Position numbers and translations under genes: made by a program. A DNA stretch of 64,000 nucleotides from Bacteroidaceae bacterium (lineage in GTDB: Bacteria > Bacteroidota > Bacteroidia > Bacteroidales > Bacteroidaceae): assembly GCA_016286165.1 (NCBI GenBank), contig JAEESE010000006.1, positions 78,633-142,632 of the forward strand. Reading direction: 5' to 3'. The number at the start of each line of letters is the position of its first letter. Within the stretch, counting starts at the first letter, position 1. Under the pieces are notes generated by a model. That model had not been told where the DNA came from. It ran no database searches and worked only from the letters and a program-made list of their open reading frames with translations. Below, one piece after another: positions 61,964-64,000 of the stretch.

Positions 61964-62984
61964 AGTTCACCTCTGGTTCGATGCGGATGCCAAAACGTGC
62001 TTCCACATCTTCTTGAATACGCTCGCACAACGCTGCTATATCTTTACCCGTAGCCCCGCCGCGGTTGACAAGCACCAGTGCCTGCCGTTCGTAAACGCCT
62101 GCTTTTCCCAGTGTCTTGCCCTTCCATCCGCATTGCTCAATCATCCAGCCTGCAGGAATCTTTACGTAATCCTTATCTACTTCATAATGAGGTATATTCG
62201 GATTTTCGTTCAACAATTGCTTGAAGGTTGCCTGTGGTACAATGGAATTGGTGAAGAAGCTTCCTGCGTTGCCCAGTTCCGACGGCTCGGGCAGCTTGGC
62301 TCTGCGTATTTCAATAATCGTCTGGCGTAGTTGCTCGGGTGTGAGGTTCGTCTCGTCAATGTTCCGATCTTCTAATGCCTTGCGAATGCCGCCATAGTCC
62401 AACTTGGGGCGGAAACTATGAGAAAGCTTGAAATGGACATGAGTAACGGCGTATCGTCCTTTTAACTCATGCTTGAAAGCGCTGTCGCGATAGCCGTAGC
62501 GGCACTCCTCAGCCGTGAAATGACGGATCTCGCCCGTCTGCAAGTCCACGGTATCCACGAAAATGATAAAGTCCTTAGCTTCAGAACCGTAGGCTCCTAT
62601 GTTTTGCACAGCCGAAGCACCAACCGTTCCAGGAATGAGCGACAGGTTCTCGAGGCCATACCAATGACTGTCGACGGCGTATTGTACCCAATCATCCCAC
62701 ACTATACCTGCCGTAACACAGACGTACACGTTGTCGCCCTCGTCGGCCGTCACTTGAATCTTCCTCATGTTTGAACGAAGTATCGTTCCGTGGAAATCAT
62801 CTATGAAAAGCAGGTTTGAGCCGCCGCCGATATGGAGTAGGGGAGAACTGTCGGCAGAAGCGTTGCGCTGATGCACAAAAGATTGTAATTCCTCTACGCT
62901 TTCGTATTCTACCATACGGTCGGCTGTAGCTTCAATGCCGAAGGTGTTGTATGTTGCCAATTGGCAGTTGTCCTGAATCTTCAT
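61953..62984 (-). CDS. murB: UDP-N-acetylmuramate dehydrogenase
   Basis: FAD-binding N-terminus (TFGIEATADRMVEY...GGGSNLLF), GAYG, and C-terminal GWMIEQCGWKG. Confidence 0.92.
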   Translation of the reverse strand: MKIQDNCQLATYNTFGIEATADRMVEYESVEELQSFVHQRNASADSSPLLHIGGGSNLLFIDDFHGTILRSNMRKIQVTADEGDNVYVCVTAGIVWDDWVQYAVDSHWYGLENLSLIPGTVGASAVQNIGAYGSEAKDFIIFVDTVDLQTGEIRHFTAEECRYGYRDSAFKHELKGRYAVTHVHFKLSHSFRPKLDYGGIRKALEDRNIDETNLTPEQLRQTIIEIRRAKLPEPSELGNAGSFFTNSIVPQATFKQLLNENPNIPHYEVDKDYVKIPAGWMIEQCGWKGKTLGKAGVYERQALVLVNRGGATGKDIAALCERIQEDVEARFGIRIEPEVNFIA

Positions 62985-63004
62985 CCTATGTTTTTGTCAA
63001 TTAT

Positions 63005-63889
63005 TCAATTTTCATAATCCGTCAGTTGCCATCGTCCGCTTATGTCACGATGGAATATCAGGATGCTTTGCAAGCCGTTGGCAAGGCCGCGCATCTGAAC
63101 TACCATACGGTTTGGGTTGGGGTATGTCTGACCGAAATTGATATTAGTAATCACGTCTTGAGGTATCTCTGGCGCAAACTCAAACCATTGGTCGGTATCA
63201 ATAGTTCCGGAAATAGCCTCATACTCTGAATCCTCGTCTATGGTAGTGTAGTTCAGCGGATTACGTACATGCTGACGTTGGTAAACCGAATCGGTGGCAA
63301 ACTGGCGATAGAAATCGAAGAAACCTTCCATATCGGTGTGCTCAAACGGGATATCGTAAATCTCAGTGAGCATCCATTGACCGTTCAGGCTGTCGCGCTC
63401 GAAAGAATAAGCGTTGACAGTTCGGCTATGAAGATAGATTTGTTCCACGCGTGCTGCAACGACATTTGAATCCTCAGCTAACGACATTTGTTGACGTGAG
63501 TTCCAAAGCACCGTGCAAAAGTCTTGCCCGAGAAACATCGAATGATGGCGCCAGTCAGCACGTTCTATGGTGTGCTCTTCGCCATTTGAATCCATAGAAC
63601 TTAATGGAAAGCGCACACGGGCTCGTTGCAGGCGAGCACTTTGGTCAAACTTGAAAACGAAATCGTTGAACAATTCATCCTCTACCACCGCCAAAGGTTC
63701 AGTAATGGGTTCATTGTCAAGAGCAAAAGTGTCTTCAGATTGGAGAATGGAATCTATAGTGGCAGAATCCTCGGCAGCTTCGTAGGCATCAGCGTGATTT
63801 GTTGTAGCTTGTCCGCCACAACCATTCAAACTAATGTTCACGAGAGCACAGAACATAACGACTGCAAAAACAGTCCATTTCCCTTTCAT
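63005..63889 (-). CDS. Hypothetical lipoprotein
   Basis: The start was set at MKGKWTVFAVVMFCALVNISLNGC (cat at 63887-63889) because a minus-strand -7 box (TACTTTTG) abuts the longer ATG. No family was recognised. Confidence 0.55.
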   Translation of the reverse strand: MKGKWTVFAVVMFCALVNISLNGCGGQATTNHADAYEAAEDSATIDSILQSEDTFALDNEPITEPLAVVEDELFNDFVFKFDQSARLQRARVRFPLSSMDSNGEEHTIERADWRHHSMFLGQDFCTVLWNSRQQMSLAEDSNVVAARVEQIYLHSRTVNAYSFERDSLNGQWMLTEIYDIPFEHTDMEGFFDFYRQFATDSVYQRQHVRNPLNYTTIDEDSEYEAISGTIDTDQWFEFAPEIPQDVITNINFGQTYPNPNRMVVQMRGLANGLQSILIFHRDISGRWQLTDYEN

Positions 63890-64000
63890 TTCCGCTTTCT
63901 TTTGCTTCCTTTTTGCTATTTTCATGCAAAAGTAAGCTTTTATTTTCATTCCACGCACACTTTTTCCCAAGAATTGTGTATCTTTGCGCAGTTTTTTGAA

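Noticed and set aside
63890-63970. The longer start (63970) for the last lipoprotein gene.
   Set aside because: A minus-strand TACTTTTG box directly abuts the intermediate in-frame ATG (the MKIAKRK... start at about 63925), so the 63970 ATG would lie upstream of the promoter and that intermediate ATG too close to it. The Met at 63889 gives a normal lipoprotein signal peptide.

Overview
This is a Bacteroidales-type chromosomal segment. The evidence is a SusC/SusD pair, a T9SS-type C-terminal sorting domain, TAnnTTTG -7 promoter boxes about 20-75 nt upstream of many start codons, and no obvious Shine-Dalgarno sites. All family names come from motifs read by eye in the supplied translations; no database search was possible.

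Gene content, left to right:
- a partial secreted glycosidase
- the thrS-infC-rpmI-rplT operon, with odd heptamer arrays in its spacers
- a minus-strand SusC / SusD / DUF4843-like / PKD-like / thioredoxin locus
- a 1.25-kb intergenic region carrying two copies of a structured repeat
- an HExxH-domain + GH97 fusion
- a sialic-acid operon: lyase, small OMP, NanM-mutarotase::Na+/solute-symporter fusion, AGE epimerase
- a DIP1984-family gene
- a roughly 7.1-kb AT-rich island with all genes on the plus strand (about 24.9-32.03 kb)
- a lipoprotein with a RelA/SpoT-like fold
- a pectin/rhamnogalacturonan cluster: oxidoreductase, beta-propeller protein, a 1589-aa GH28-GH105-unknown fusion, a PL10-CE8 fusion
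- queF, DUF389, sulfatase, nhaC, two GH43 genes, a CotH-like T9SS protein and a Crp regulator
- housekeeping genes: dcp, dCMP deaminase, S41 protease, rlmD, an OM protein, murB, a lipoprotein

The most unusual content is the AT-rich island. It encodes:
- a BrxR/CapW-like WYL regulator paired with a PD-(D/E)xK protein
- a run of stand-alone fragments of core machinery: an FtsZ C-terminal-domain-only protein, a sigma70 region-2-only protein, a possible region-4-like partner, and a 297-aa mini-DnaE lacking the palm aspartates
- a translationally coupled PD-(D/E)xK + beta-CASP metallo-beta-lactamase pair

I know of no described system with this composition.

Other notable signals:
- GC-rich palindromic elements inserted in frame into coding sequences
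- a 200-bp duplication that gives two lipoprotein genes the same signal peptide and leader
- iteron-like 22-bp arrays in inverted orientation 33 kb apart

No rRNA, tRNA, CRISPR array, integrase or transposase was recognised.
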